Positions 39,986-55,487 of a stretch of 64,000 nt of DNA are shown here, piece after piece. Every line of letters starts with the position of its first letter. Positions within the stretch are counted from its first letter, which is position 1. The stretch lies in NCBI GenBank assembly GCA_012295275.1, contig CM022668.1:14880001-14944000 (forward strand). The letters run 5' to 3'. Under the pieces are notes generated by a model. That model made no database searches. It was not told the origin of the DNA and saw nothing but the letters and a program-made list of their open reading frames with translations. The DNA comes from Chrysomallon squamiferum. Its lineage: Eukaryota > Animalia > Mollusca. A program made the translations under genes and the position numbers.

Positions 39986-42748
39986 CATCATTATTTGAAA
40001 CAATAATAACACAGAAATAGTAATACTTGTACATTCTGATGATTTTCTGTAATAGAAACAAGTTACAACAACACTGTACTTATTATATAGAAATAAGACA
40101 TTTAAGAACCGTTAATATTTCAGCAGAAAGATATACATTTATTCTGAAGTACCTAAACATACGTACATTTGTAATGCATTTTATCCAAAGTATTTATATC
40201 TAACATATTTCAATGACTGATTTTTTTTTTGTTGTTGAATATAATCTAAAATATTCGATAATATCTTATTTTTAATAAAATATATTGAAAACCTAAATCC
40301 AATCCAAACAAAAAATAATTAATAAATATTTAAATAAGTAAATAAATAAAGGTATTACATATGTGTTTAGTACTGAACGTGATTATTGAAATGAACATTG
40401 AATAAATAAATGAAAGTATCTAGGATGACAGGTTTAGGAGGTCTATATATTTGTTTTTTTTTCGTATACCTAAAGTTGAAATTGTGAATGATGAACCTTT
40501 ACGGTATTTGAATTTTCTTTTCTTTAAGAAATAAGATTTTTTTTTCGCTTTTTGTGCAATTCTGCAAGGAAATAACAAAACGACAGATTTTACGGAAAAC
40601 TGTTTAGTTTAAACTATAAAATGTGATTTAAGGTCAGAACTGACAAAGACGAAGACACAAGGACTGAAATGTTGGTTTATTTCTTACTTTCTTCCACTTT
40701 ACCTTCGAATACACGAAATGCTTTATCAGGTATAGGCTTCCATGGCTTTAAAACAATTATTATTATTATTATTATTGTTGTTGTTGTTGTTGTTGTTGTT
40801 GTAGCAGTAGTTGTAATAGTAACTATAGTAATTGTAATGGCAGTAATATTAGTAGGAGAAGTAATAGAAGTGGTTGTAGTAGCAGTAGTAGCAGCAGCAG
40901 CAGTTGCAAAGTAAATAGTATTAGAAGTAGCAGTAGTGATAGTAGTAGTTTTAGTAATACAAGAAGAAGTAACGATAGCAATAGTAATTGTTGCATTACA
41001 AGAAACAGTCGTTGTAGTAGTAGTAGCAGCTGTTGTAGTAGTAGTGGTAGTAGTTGTCGTAAGAGTAGCATTAGAAGCAGTTGTTAATATGTTTACTGAA
41101 TTTATATTTTTAAATATCAAATGATTCTTGCTATTTAAATTTTAATTGCTATTACTTATTAGCCTATATATTATGTTTTTTATTCATCAGCATCATTTTT
41201 ATATCATATTTACATCTACAGCATCATTATTATATCATCTGTTCATCAGCAGAATCATCTTTTATAATCATCTATTCGTCATCATTTTCTAAATGTCATT
41301 TGTTCGTCAACATTATTATTTAGTTTTGTTTATATCATTTCTTCATTAACTTAAAACATATTAAAAATATCATTTATCGGCCAGCATCATTTTATTTTCA
41401 TCATCATGTTATAATCATCATTATCATCATCATCATCATCATCATCATCTTCCGTTCTGTTATCCTGCTCCTTCATGGTCATCTTCTTTCCTTCCTTTTT
41501 TCTTTTCTTTCCTTTCTTTCTTTCTTTCTTCTTCTTCTCCTTCTTTTTTCTTCTTCTTTCAATCCTTCATTTCTTCTTTCTTTCCTTCATTCTTTCTTTC
41601 TGTCTTTCTCCATTTCTTCTTCTTCTTCTGTTTTCTTCTCCCTTCCTTCCTTCCTTTCATTCTTTTCTTTCTTCTTCTTCTTCTTCTTCTTCTTCTTCTT
41701 CTTCTTCTTCTTCTTTTATTTCTTCTTCTTTCTTCCGTTCTGTTATCCTGCTCCTTCCATCTTCTTTCCTTCCTTTTTCCTTTCTTCTTTCTTTCCTTCT
41801 TTCTTTCTTTTTCTCTCTTTCTTCTTTTTCTTCTTCTTCTTCTTCTTCTTCTTCATTCTTTCTTTCTTTTCTTTCTTTCTTCTTCTTCTTCTTCTTCTTC
41901 TTCTTCTTCTTCTTCATTTCTATTTCTTCTTCTTTCTTTAAATTCTAATTCGTTTTACTATATTACTCATCACGGTGAATGATTTGTTTTTTTGTGGGAA
42001 AGTCTCAACAGAATCAATCTTTATTTGTTATCCACGTAGATATTTTAATTCCATTAACGTAATTTCAGTCCATGCCAGCATGCCATTCAAGATAGAGTCT
42101 GACATACTCCATATTTCACGAACTTGGAAAATATTCAGATGCCCCACACTACCGCCCAGATTAAGTTTAATAAATTTGGTCACAGTGAAATGAATGAATA
42201 TTTGTTTATTTAACGTAATATTAGATGTAATTCTGAGCTACGTATCTGCTATTGTTTGTGTAAGGCCTGTACGAGGAAGCGATTTCATTAAGTTAATAGA
42301 GAGTTAATTTAACCAGTGGACTGATGCGCTGATAATTATGATAAAAGAGCGTTATGACGTCATTTTACGTCATAGTGTTTCATTTAGAAAAAAAAAAAAC
42401 CCAATAATAAATAAATATAAAAATAAATATTTTATAACCAAAGTCATTATCATACTGTTTAATGGTCTTTATGACGCTATTTCAAGCAGCCATTATGACG
42501 ACACTTGTTTCAGTCATCCGTACGTAATATCGTGTTGTCATAGCCATTATGACGTCACTTTATAAATTAATGATATAAAAAAAAAATAAAAAAAAATTGT
42601 TACACATATCGAAAAGAAAAATCTTTTTTACTGCTCAAAATAAAAGGTTTCTTTCATGTAGTTCTTGAAAAGTAAAAAGAAATAATATTTGTCCTTTAGT
42701 TTTATTCTGAACTGCATTTGTAACGAGAGTAGTTAGATATAATGTTAA

Positions 42749-42783
<35 letters not shown>

Positions 42784-42842
42784 CACACGTACATACGCAC
42801 ATAAATGCCCAAACAAAACATATATATACATACATAGACACA

Positions 42843-42877
<35 letters not shown>

Positions 42878-43999
42878 AAAAAAAATAATTAAAAAATAAT
42901 AAAATAATATAAACTGAAATAAAAAAAAAAATAAAAAAAAAAAAAAAAAAAAAAAAAAATAAAAAAAAAAAAGAAAGAAAGAATTTAGGTTGACGGTGTT
43001 AGGTCAAAGCTCTCTCTCTCTATCTTTTCAATTAAATACCCCAAACTGCGATTCTGATGACTCGCACACTACGCCAAATTCGTTCCTATCAAATTCGTAC
43101 GCACCGCTGTGAATCTGACGTCATAACAGCTGAAATTACGTCTCACAAATTAGTAAAGATCCAATAAGTAAAAATGTGTAGACAAATTAAACAGCGACTA
43201 CGGAGGGTCGTTGCCTTTTAGGGTCTGCGTGTGTCTCTACTGGGATATGTACCGTTACAGATGTTACCTGCCACAGGTACACGTAGAACAGAGGTACCTG
43301 TTAATTAAACAGGTAGAAATTCAGCCAGAAATGTTTGGAATTCACCGGTTATTGTTTTGACTTGACCATCTCAAATATGTTACGTGATTTTCTTAATATG
43401 TACTTCTGATAATTGAAAATTTTACTAACTTTCAATTTTTTTATTTTATTTTTTTTTTTTATAAATTGTTATTGGCAACTAATCTTTGCTAAAAATAAAT
43501 TATAACGATATTTTCCGAAAATGTCTTCATCAGCATTTCTAGATTTTTTTTTTTTTTATCCCTTTTACTCGTAGTGGAAGTTGGTTCATTAATAGTAGTT
43601 GTAGCAGTATTAATAGCAATAGATTTAGCTTTTGTACTGGTAGAAATAGTAGTAGTAGTAAATTTATTATTTTTAGCAATAGTACTGGTATTGGTGGCAT
43701 ATATGGTATTGATGGTAGAAGTAGTAATGCCATTAGTAGCAACAATAATAATATCAGTAGTAATCGTTGTTTTAGCAGAAGCAGTAACAACAACAGTATG
43801 TTACAATAGGAATAGCAGAGTTACCAACAGCAGTATTTGTTGTGGTTGTAGTAGTAGCACCATGCTTATCAGTCGTGGTAGTATTAGTTCTATTTGTAGC
43901 TGTAGCAGTAGTAACAACAACAGAAACGTATTTGCATTTATAACAAAATAGATTTTACAATACGGCAGTACTACAGTGTCCATATAAAAAAAAATGAAA

Positions 44000-44170
44000 G
44001 TATTCGCTGGAGTAACATGTGGGTTATATAATTCGTAGGAGTAACCCTTTATGATAGCATTTGTAATAACACATAGATATTAGTATTCGCTGGAGTAACT
44101 AACTAGGGGGTGATGATATTCGTAGGAGTAACCCTTGGATGTAGTTTTCGTAGGAGTAACCATGGATGAT
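44000..44170. repeat. Array of five TTCG(CT/TA)GGAGTAAC cores with variable linkers
   Basis: Cores near 44003, 44032, 44086, 44119 and 44147. Confidence 0.85.
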
Positions 44171-45060
44171 AGAACGCGTGGATGACATTTAACTAAGAAT
44201 GATTGTGTGTCAAAGTATCTGTTGGTGTCTTGTGTGCTTGCTCCAGATAAGATGTGTGTGTGTTTAGTTTATGTTGCATCTGACACTGAGACGAGGCCTT
44301 TTTTAGGATAATAACTGATATTTATTTATAGTTTTTAAAAAATCACACGATATACCTGTCAGAGGTATGTAAATATACATGTATATAGGAACATACATAA
44401 ACAGGAACTAACTAACAAACCTATGTACGTATTTAGTAGGTACACACACACAGACACACACACACACAAATACAAACGTATGAAATAAATGTAAGAAATA
44501 ACTACAAATGTAAGTATTTAAATTAAGAGAAAACGAAATAACCAAATAAATAGACACGTTACACACACACATACACACATACATACGCACGCATATATAA
44601 ATGGACAGATAAACAGACGAAGAGACATAAGACAAATATAAAGATAGACAGATTTAAAAATTAATAAACATTTCAGTCTTAGCAACGAATAGCGGAGAAC
44701 AAAAAGACAGACATGTAAACGAGACGGAAGGAGAAATGATTAACATGAATAATTCATTTGGCACGATGTATGTTATAAACTTTTATAAACTAAAGTGAAC
44801 AACACAAAATAATGTTTATCTTAACAACAGTGTACGGAACTATCAATAAAAACTACTGAACTGTATTGCTATGAAGACAGTTTTTATGATAATATTTTTC
44901 TTTTCTGAACAAAATAATGTACCACATTTCTTGGTGAATACAAAACGGTCCCAAGCATTAGCGAGAGAAGAAATTTTTTTTATTTAGCGCTTCCTAAAAT
45001 AGATTTTATTTTGAAAATCCACACACTTACCTTTTATTCCGTATCTATTGATACAGTAAA

Positions 45061-45097
<37 letters not shown>

Positions 45098-45629
45098 TTA
45101 CAATTTTCACCTGTCGTTTAATTAACGCTATAATCAAAATTTCAAAATCCTTGATTTATTTATTTTAAAAATAAATAATATTATAAATAGATTATTTGTT
45201 CTTTTGCAACGTGCAAATTATATTTCTGTTAAAAAAAAACAACAACAAAAAAAACAACAACATCTTTACGAAAATTCTTGCGATAACTGTAATCTTCCTT
45301 CGCTAATTTGAACCTGCAGTTACCAAAGTATTGTTTATTTATTTAAGACCACTAATAACGATAGCGTCTTTGCGTAACGGTGTCGCTCCCCCCACCCCCA
45401 CACTCAACCCCACCCCCTCCGTCACTCACACGTTACCACCCAGACGTTCATGCATTGACAACGGTACGGTAAAGTATTTTTTTCTTTACTTACGTATCTA
45501 GAACTTCGATGACCACGTCTGAAAGTGTTTTCTTTCTTCGGCAAATTCATTCCCTGTATGCAACCAGCTGGTACAATAATGTTTAAATAAAAAAAAAAAG
45601 GAAAGCTTAATCAGAAAAAAAAAAAAAAA

Positions 45630-45670
<41 letters not shown>

Positions 45671-45740
45671 CTGCCAAATTAATTAATTAATCATTCACTG
45701 TTTTGGAAAAAAAAAAAAAAAAAAAAATTAAAGCGTTTAA

Positions 45741-45763
45741 TTTGACCTCAAGGTCAAAGGTCA
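45741..45763. promoter_or_regulatory. Candidate nuclear-receptor element, TGACCTcaAGGTCAaAGGTCA
   Basis: Three perfect AGGTCA half-sites, including a perfect DR1 and a TCAAGGTCA extended half-site. Motif match only. Confidence 0.4.
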
Positions 45764-46125
45764 GTTATTCCGTTATGCCAAAGCAAGCGTCGGCTTGTTG
45801 AGAATAGAGACGGAAATATGTAGGTGCTGTAAATTCCTCCTTTATATTTTTTTTTTATTTTTTTTTTTTTTTAAAATTTTTTTTTTTTTTTACTCTTTTA
45901 CAATAATCATCTCGTTCCACAACTGTTTTTTCTCAAGAGAGAAGAAAAAAAAAAAAAAAAAAATAAAAAAAAAAAAAAAAAAGTGGATAGCCCCCGTCGC
46001 ACTATTTTTTGATGCACTATCATTTCCTGTGGCTGTGTGAGTGGGTTCTATTGCTCCGATTTAGTTTCACTATCATAAAACAGAACCGTCTGCTGGTAAG
46101 CAGCCAAAATCTATTTGGTTTATTC

Positions 46126-46176
<51 letters not shown>

Positions 46177-46884
46177 GGCGAATTAAGTATCTTGGCTAGA
46201 ACCTAAGTGCGGAGCTAGCTGTGGTCTATGTATGTAGGTATGTGTATTACGTTTCAGTGTAGGTATTTTTCAGAATGCTTGGAAAATTCTCACTTTTTGC
46301 TACACCTTTAACTCGTTCGTCGAAAGCCGTCTGCCGTGATTTCATTGGACGAAAAGAAGCGTCAGAGTTTTGTGGAAAAGGAGTTCCTGAAAAGTTTTTG
46401 AATTGTACAACAAATAAATAAATAAATGAATAAATAAATAAATAAGTAAATAAATGAATAAATAAGTAAATAAATGAATAAATAAAAATATAAATAAATG
46501 AATAAATAAGCAAATAAGTAAATAAATGGAAAATAACTATCTGTGAAAGATTTTATGAATATAAGAATGAATGAATAATATATATATAAATAAATGAATA
46601 AACAATTAAATAAATAAATAAAAGTGAACAAAGAAAGAAACAAAACAATAAACAAACAAACAAACAAACAAGGAAATAAATAAATTACAAATAAATCTAA
46701 GTAAATTTCTGTATGATTTACCAATGACTACTTTATAAAGTTTAGCAATAATAAATTCACTTGTATACCAGTTGAAACTTGTTAGTTTTTGTGTTATTGT
46801 CTTATTCGCTACTAATGACGTAATATCATTATTTTCTTTGTGACGTCATATGCAGGGTATTTTTGAGTTTTCTTTTCTTGAGAG

Positions 46885-46933
<49 letters not shown>

Positions 46934-47234
46934 TAAATGTCTCTCAGAAAAACATAAATGTACAGTATAATGCATTCTGTGTGTGGGCATTTATGCTGTA
47001 TTAGACAACAAACACATACCGCTGTTTATATGCAAATATGCGGAAGTATAGGCTGACACTAAAATATCAGAAATTCATATTAAAATTCTTCTGTTTTTAT
47101 CGTGTATTTTTTTTTCAAATATATCCAGAAAACACTATACAGCTTTCTTTCTTTCTTTATTTCTTTTTTCTTTATCATAATCATCTTCTTCTTTTCATTG
47201 TTCTGTTATTGATGTTTTTGTTGTTGTTATTATA

Positions 47235-47328
<94 letters not shown>

Positions 47329-47714
47329 TTTTTTTTTTTATTATTATTAAATTCTTAATGTTATTTTTGGAACAACAAACAAACAAAGAAACAAATACAT
47401 CATATTATAACGATCAAAATAAAACGAAAATACGAAATTATGAAAAAGGAAACTAATACTGACGAATATTTTGTATAATCCGGGAACGAAAAATGAAAAC
47501 AATTAAAACGAAAAAATTACTTAAATCGGCAGTTTAGATTTTTCAGTAGTTTCAAGAATATTACTTTCAGATTTTTGATTATTTCAAAAATAAATTGTTT
47601 GAAAATGTAAAAATTAAAATTTTGTTTTCTAAATGATGGATATTTGATTATAAATTATTAGGCTATACATTGTACAGAGGGTAATATTTTATGAACCAGA
47701 TGAAATAATATAAC

Positions 47715-47833
<119 letters not shown>

Positions 47834-47998
47834 CCAGACATTTGGTAATGTACTTTTAAACACCTGTATCTAATATAGATCCAATATGCATCACTCACAT
47901 TACGCATGCATTACATATTTCCAGGATTAACACGTTTCATCTCAGTAAACACCCACCAAATTTTTTTTTAAAACTAGTTCCATGCAGAAATCCATGAC

Positions 47999-48059
<61 letters not shown>

Positions 48060-48561
48060 TCATCAGTTCTGTTTTAATTAAAACATCTTCTACATATGCA
48101 CCAAGGTTGTTTTTTGCACGTGTTTTTGATAAAATATTTTTTTTTTTATCTAAACCAAAGTTTGGCCAAATCCTCGCCAAATACTGATAAAATAATAAAA
48201 AAAAAAAAAAAAAAAATAAAAAAATAAAAAAATTTGAGTTTTCAGTAACGCCCCGATTTTTTTATAAATAGAAATATTTTTGGGTTTTTGGTTTTTTGGT
48301 TTTAAAGGCTGAACTGAAAAGATTTCATGTAATAAAACTGTTGTTGGCCCATTTTTATCGTCACTATTATTGCGTTCTGTTTTCTTTTTCTTTTCACAGT
48401 TTTTCGTTATCCTTATATTTTGTAATATTTTAGCAAATTTATTATTTTCAAATATCTGGATGACCTGCATACAATAAAACAATTCAGATTACAGAATATT
48501 TACTACTACTACTACTACTACTACTCTATTATTATTATTACTGTTGTTGTTGTTGTCGTTG

Positions 48562-48595
<34 letters not shown>

Positions 48596-48734
48596 CATTA
48601 TTATTATTATATATTATTATTATTATATATTATTACTATTATTTGTATAATTATTACTATTACTGTTATTATTATTACTATTATTATTTTTTTTTTGTAT
48701 TATTATTGTTATTATTATTTTAATATTATTGTTG

Positions 48735-48772
<38 letters not shown>

Positions 48773-49507
48773 GGTGTTTAGTTGTTGTTATTTTCATTGT
48801 TGTATGTTTTTTTTTTTTTTGTTTTTTTTGTTATCATATCATCACCACCATTTATTTAATTATTTAATTTTCTATTTTCTTCTACTGCAAACACTTTATA
48901 GAACGATAACATATATATATATAACTATAATTAAATATATTAAAGTAAAAAATATTACTAAAACTATAACGCTTGGCTACATCAAAACGAATTCGGATAT
49001 TCATTACTAACATACTAGTTGTTTCTCAGAAACACAAAACTGTACAATAACTTATGAATTAACATAATTTATGCGGGATACGTCATCATGCCGTACATGT
49101 ACTTGACTGTAATAAATAAAAACAGTAAACTTGCAAGCTTACTTAATATATTTGGTTTGTTAGTTTGTACTAGTGTGTGTAGACATATTGATGGTATGTA
49201 TGATATATTTCTAATATAATTAAGAACAGTATTTCAGATGAAAATAACATTTGAAAGCGAAGGATAACAAACATCTTTTTTGTGATCTTTATTATTTTTC
49301 CTTCTCATGAATTTTTGTTTTTTTTTTTCGTATTTTTAAAGAAATTTCATATAAGTAACATTGTGATGTAAATTATTATTATTGTAATAATGATCATAAT
49401 AATAACTATTAATTTATTCATTAATTTATTTATTTATCTTTTTACCATATTATTATTATTTTTTGAATTAATTAATTAACTAAATAATTAATAATTTTAT
49501 TAAGGTA

Positions 49508-49562
<55 letters not shown>

Positions 49563-50191
49563 TATATATAATGATGATGATGATAATAATCATGATATTA
49601 ACAATAATAATGATACTACTACTACTAATAATAATAATGATGACAATAATATTATCATCATCATTATAATATTACTTTTAACGATTAAAACTAGTCCATG
49701 AAAATAATAATAAAAATAATAATAATAATAATGATGATGATGATGATGATGATCATCATCATCATCATGGAAATATCATCATTAGTATAACGACTAAAAC
49801 GTGTCCATGAAAAAAAAATTAAAACATTATCCTCATTTTATCACATTCTCTATAATAAAAGTAAATTTTGGTAAAGACCAATAAATATATCAAATTTTGA
49901 ATAACTACATTTCAGATGCAATAAATGACATAATTAAAATATCTTAGGTGCAGTATGTCTTGAAATCACAGTAGATTTTATCAGTAATTATGACATATTA
50001 AATAGAATTTTACCGTATTTTATCAGCAAAATGTGACGTATTTCAAAAACGATAATTTTTTTTATCATTCCTCATGACATGTTACGTAAAATACGTTTAC
50101 ATAATTCCAAAACGTTATCAGTAAAAAATGACAAATTGGTAGATAATATACTGTATTATGTTAAACGCAACTCTCTCTCATTCTCTCTCTG

Positions 50192-50319
<128 letters not shown>

Positions 50320-51717
50320 TGTGTTTATATTACATCAGTAAGTAATACTAGATTTTAATAACAGTATCTCTTTTTTCTATAATAACATCTGAATTTGAAG
50401 CCGATTAATATTAACATTAGAATGTATTCAGGTGTTGTTAAATGAATGTTTATTACTTTCAGCTGCTCATATTGAAGGAATATTCTGTTTGGTAGCTTAT
50501 ATTGTCTTAAATTATGTCTCTGTGTGTGTGTTTGTGTGTGTATGTGTGTGCGTGTGTGGTTGTATGAATATAATTTATCTACATATCTATATAATCTATA
50601 GCTGTATTAACATCTATATATTTATGATATAAACAATAATGTTACTTCATGAAATTAACAATTCATATAAATCAACATTTGTATTAGAAGAAATTACAAA
50701 AGGTGTAGAAAATAAAGTTATTATTTGTCATAGCTGATTTCGACTTAATTCCCATGAATATAACTAAAGTGAAATCGTACATTGGTGAATGATATGGTCA
50801 GATATTCTAGTACATTTCGTGTTAATGGAAATTATATTTCTGTTTATGTTTATTTGCTTCTTGCTTTCTTTCTTTGTTCTGAGATATAAATACCAAACAG
50901 TTAATAAAACTGAGAATGTTAGCAAGCAAATAAATACTGAAATTAACCATAATATTGTTTTATGTTTTGATATTTAAATAAGCATAAAAACAAAATAAAA
51001 ATAAAATAAAAAAAAAAAAAAAATCCGTTTAGAGTACTCCAACTTACGACCAGTTTAAAAATTTAGACCTCAAATCTTTAAGTTAAAAATCGCACAAAGA
51101 AAAGAAAAGAAAAGAAAAGAAAGAGAAAATCTCAACCGATTTTTATGTCTCTTTATCTCTTTGTCTTTCCCTCTGACCATTTCTTCATTTTTATTTTTAT
51201 TGTTCTTTTTATTTCACCTTTTTACTGCTTCCTTTAACATGTCGTAAAAATAAAACGTCTCTTTGCCATAAACCGGTCTGGCCAGCATCAGCACGCGCGG
51301 AACTCTAGACCGAGCGTTTCCCAGTTGTTGCGTATCCAAGCGCTGCCGTTACTGGGCGACAGGCATGCTGGGAATGCTTGTAAACAGGCCCCTCGGTTAC
51401 CAGTCGATCCACGTGTTTTACAACCAACGTGACATTTTAAAATCCTTGATTATTGTCGTGAGTACTGCATCCCGCGCTATTCGGAGCCAAATACGTGCGC
51501 GGTTCAGTGAAGATACATTGACCAGGAATAAAACGCGTTTTGTGGCCATAAAACTGACCCCGATGGTGTCACGGGTAAAGAATGGAAGTGAAAACCAGGG
51601 ATCGAAAAACCCGTAATCAGCCGCGTAAACGAGATGATTTGCTGAGGTGAAGGTCGCGACTGCCTGCGTGATTCTGGGGTTTTGGTGAATGAAGAAGTTT
51701 TAATAAATGTTTGATTG

Positions 51718-51804
<87 letters not shown>

Positions 51805-52131
51805 GTCTCTGTCTGTCTATCTGTCTCTCTCTTTACATATTTTAAAATATTCCCCATGATTAGTATTTAATTATAATAAATTAACAAAAATAAAACTGAT
51901 GATAAAATTTATACAGTTTGTTCTTCTTTTTCTTTTTTGACGTCATCTTGAAGATAGAAATATAAAAAAGATGAAACAACAATAATAATAATAATAATAA
52001 TAATAATAAGAAGAAGAAGAAGAAAAAGAAGAAGAAGAAGAAGAAGAAGAAGTAAAAGTATCTGATTAAACTGAAAATAACGGCAATTTTCAAAGAGCGA
52101 TCATCACTAGCAAGTATCAGAACATCAACTC

Positions 52132-52162
<31 letters not shown>

Positions 52163-52991
52163 TATTCCGCACCTCTTTTCATACATCAACAAAATAATTA
52201 TCATAAAATTAAACGAAAACAAGTAAGATAAGGGACTATTTAATTACAGAGATTATTTGTATTCGTCCGCGTCGTTAGCAAACTGTAGATACTGTTTTCT
52301 AAACATTATCATTTGTTTTTCGGCGAGGCGAGTTGATGCCACTGTTTGTCATAACACTGCCGCAAATTCGACGCAGATAGCTAAAACTGTAGCCGTCGTG
52401 AATCCCAGCGTGTTTGTCAACGTAACACCAGCCGTTTGAAGTCGTCGGAGACTTAGCCGACGTCGGTTTTAACCCGCAGAAATGATAAGCCGTAGAAACG
52501 ATAATTTTTGGTTTCCCAAATCGTCTGTTTAGAAAGTAGTATTGTAATAAACAACGCCTATTATATAGAAATATCAACGTATCTATGTAATAACTGTGGT
52601 TTTTTTTTTGTTTTTTTTTTTCTTTTGGTTATTACCCTAGTGTGATTGTTTTTATAACACAATATAATTTAGTATTATTATGTATGAATAATAATAATAA
52701 TAATAATAATCATAATAATAATAATAACTTGCAAAAAGGCATACTGTCAAAGGATATGTAATATTATAAATAAATTATACATTAAATTAACTTACGTATC
52801 TAAATACAGCGACTTATACGTGTGTTTTGTCTTTTTATATATATATATATATATATAATTAGTCTGTTGTCTGTCTGTCTGTCTGTATGTTTGTCTGTTT
52901 TGTTTTGGTTTATGTACTTTTTTTTGTTTCTTCTTCGTGTTTTAGATTTAATTATCATCATATTTTGCAAATAAAATAAAATAAAATAATA

Positions 52992-53028
<37 letters not shown>

Positions 53029-53395
53029 ATATAAATAAATAAATAAAATGAAATAAATAAAGAAATATAAAGAAATAAAATGAAATAAATAAAACGAAAT
53101 AAATAAATAAAATAAATAAATATAATGAAATGAATAAATAAATAAATAAAATTAAAGAAATAAATTAAAGAAATTAAAGAAATAAATAAACAAACAAACA
53201 ATAAATAAGATAAAAAGATTAAACAAAATTATAGTAAAAAAAAAAAAAATAATAATAAAAAAAAGAAAAAAAAAAAAAAAAAAAAAAAAAAAAGAAAAAC
53301 AAACACATATAAAACGAACTGTCTTTTGTGGATCACGATTTGCACGGTTGTAAAATGATACACTGTCCCATAACGTTTATCGTATAACTACTTAG

Positions 53396-53441
<46 letters not shown>

Positions 53442-54812
53442 CAACTACATACACACACACACAAACAACAAAAAACTATCCCAAACCAAACCCGACTCTT
53501 CGACAAAAGATTTACGTCACAAGATGTATTTACATTACACGACAGACGTTGCCTACAAGATTTACAAACAACAGACCAATTTCAATTCAACAGAATTAAA
53601 CGCGACTTTCTCTCTCACATCAAACGAACGAGATTTTGGGAAGACGCAGTAACGCCTTAAACATCCATACACAAACAGACACAGAGAACAATGGCGGAAA
53701 ATTAGATTCGGTTTCCGGGTGCAGGCAGAGGTCGCTTCATATCCGGTAGATTTTGATAGTTGTCTGGTCCTGTTTTGTGTATTGATTAGGCGTCGGTTTC
53801 AAGAAACGGGACGAATGTTAGGCATAAATCACGAAAAATGATGTTATTTTTCATATGAACAGTGTTTGTGTAATGAACAACGTGCACTGAATAAAGATTA
53901 ATTTCGTGTGTTTTTTTTAGATAGATAGCAAGCGAGAAAATAAATTAATAATTTCCACTGTCTGTCTGTGTTTTTCCTGTTTTTTGGGGGGTTTTTTTTT
54001 TGTCATCGTCATCAACATTTTCTTCTTCTTTCTTTTTTATTTTTTTTATTTTATTTTTTGGTTGGTTTATTTAATTTGTTTTATTATTATTGTCGGCGTT
54101 GCAGTTGTTGTTGCTGATATTATTATTATTATTATTGTTGTTGTTGTTGTTTCTGTTGTTGTTAGTACTATTGTTTTTATTGTTGTTGATGATTTTGTTT
54201 TCGTTATTATAACTTTTTTTGTAGTTTTATTTTTACTTTTTTATGTTTTATTATTATTATTATTATTATGATTTATTATTATTATTATTACTTTTGTTTT
54301 CTACATTTCCATTATTCCATCCTCTTTTATTTCTTTTTTTTTTATATGAAATAAACAATTGTTTAAAAAAAAAAAAAAAATTATATTATTTTTTATTTCC
54401 ATTACAGGTTTTAAGCAGCATCTGTTACCCACGATGCAGTCGGCAAGAACCGGAAATGACGTCGTTTTCCTCTAGTGACGTAAAATTAAATATTTTGTGT
54501 GTGCGACAGAAAGAAACGAAAATGAAGTTTACCAAATCTGAAACTTTAATCTCTGAGTCTTCTGTGTTAACACGTGGTAGCTGACGTTGTTACACGTCGA
54601 ACTGTTAGAGAAGAAACTTTGCTGTCACGTAAGTTGCGCTTTTTCTGATTACGTAAGAAAAAATAAATAAGAAAAAAATAAATAAAAAATAAATAAATAA
54701 AAATAAACAGTTGAAAAACTAAAAGAAATATTCAAGTTAGTGAGTTGAGATTAAAGATAATTTACGCTTCTCTAAGACTTCATATGTCGTCTCTTACAAT
54801 GAAATGAAATAA

Positions 54813-54877
<65 letters not shown>

Positions 54878-55070
54878 TAATAATAGAAGTAAAAATAATA
54901 ATGATGATGATGATGATGATGAAGATGATAATAATAATAAATATTAGAAAAAAAATTACTTATATAAAAAAAATCGGTGCTACATCAACAATAATAAAAA
55001 TATGAATAACAAATGAAGAAATATCATAATAACAACAGTAATAATAATCAAAACAATTATTATAATAAAT

Positions 55071-55128
<58 letters not shown>

Positions 55129-55410
55129 GACTACTCGTGCATTTAGACTCGTGCATAATTGTAAATTTTGTATTAAAATTGCAATAAAAAATCTGTATAA
55201 TATAATACTCATAATAAATAAATCTCATTATCATAATTTATGCAGCTGTTTTTGTTTTTTTTACTCCTTTACGACAAATATTTTATTATTGCATCTACCA
55301 GTGCTGTAACAAAATAAACGTTGACCATTTGAAAACTAAAATATAATCCCTTTAGTTATAGGAACGATTCTTGTGCTTGTAATAGAAGCAAAAGATCATA
55401 TAAATAGACT

Positions 55411-55487
<77 letters not shown>

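Noticed and set aside
44000-44170. CRISPR-like appearance of this array and of 1500-2100
   Set aside because: Eukaryotic intron-containing context, no cas genes, repeats too short or degenerate, and spacers partly homologous to each other.
51365-51616. 83-aa ORF in a CpG-rich block, checked as a possible Wnt1 or other exon
   Set aside because: No Wnt cysteine motifs or recognisable domain in the frames examined; more plausibly non-coding.
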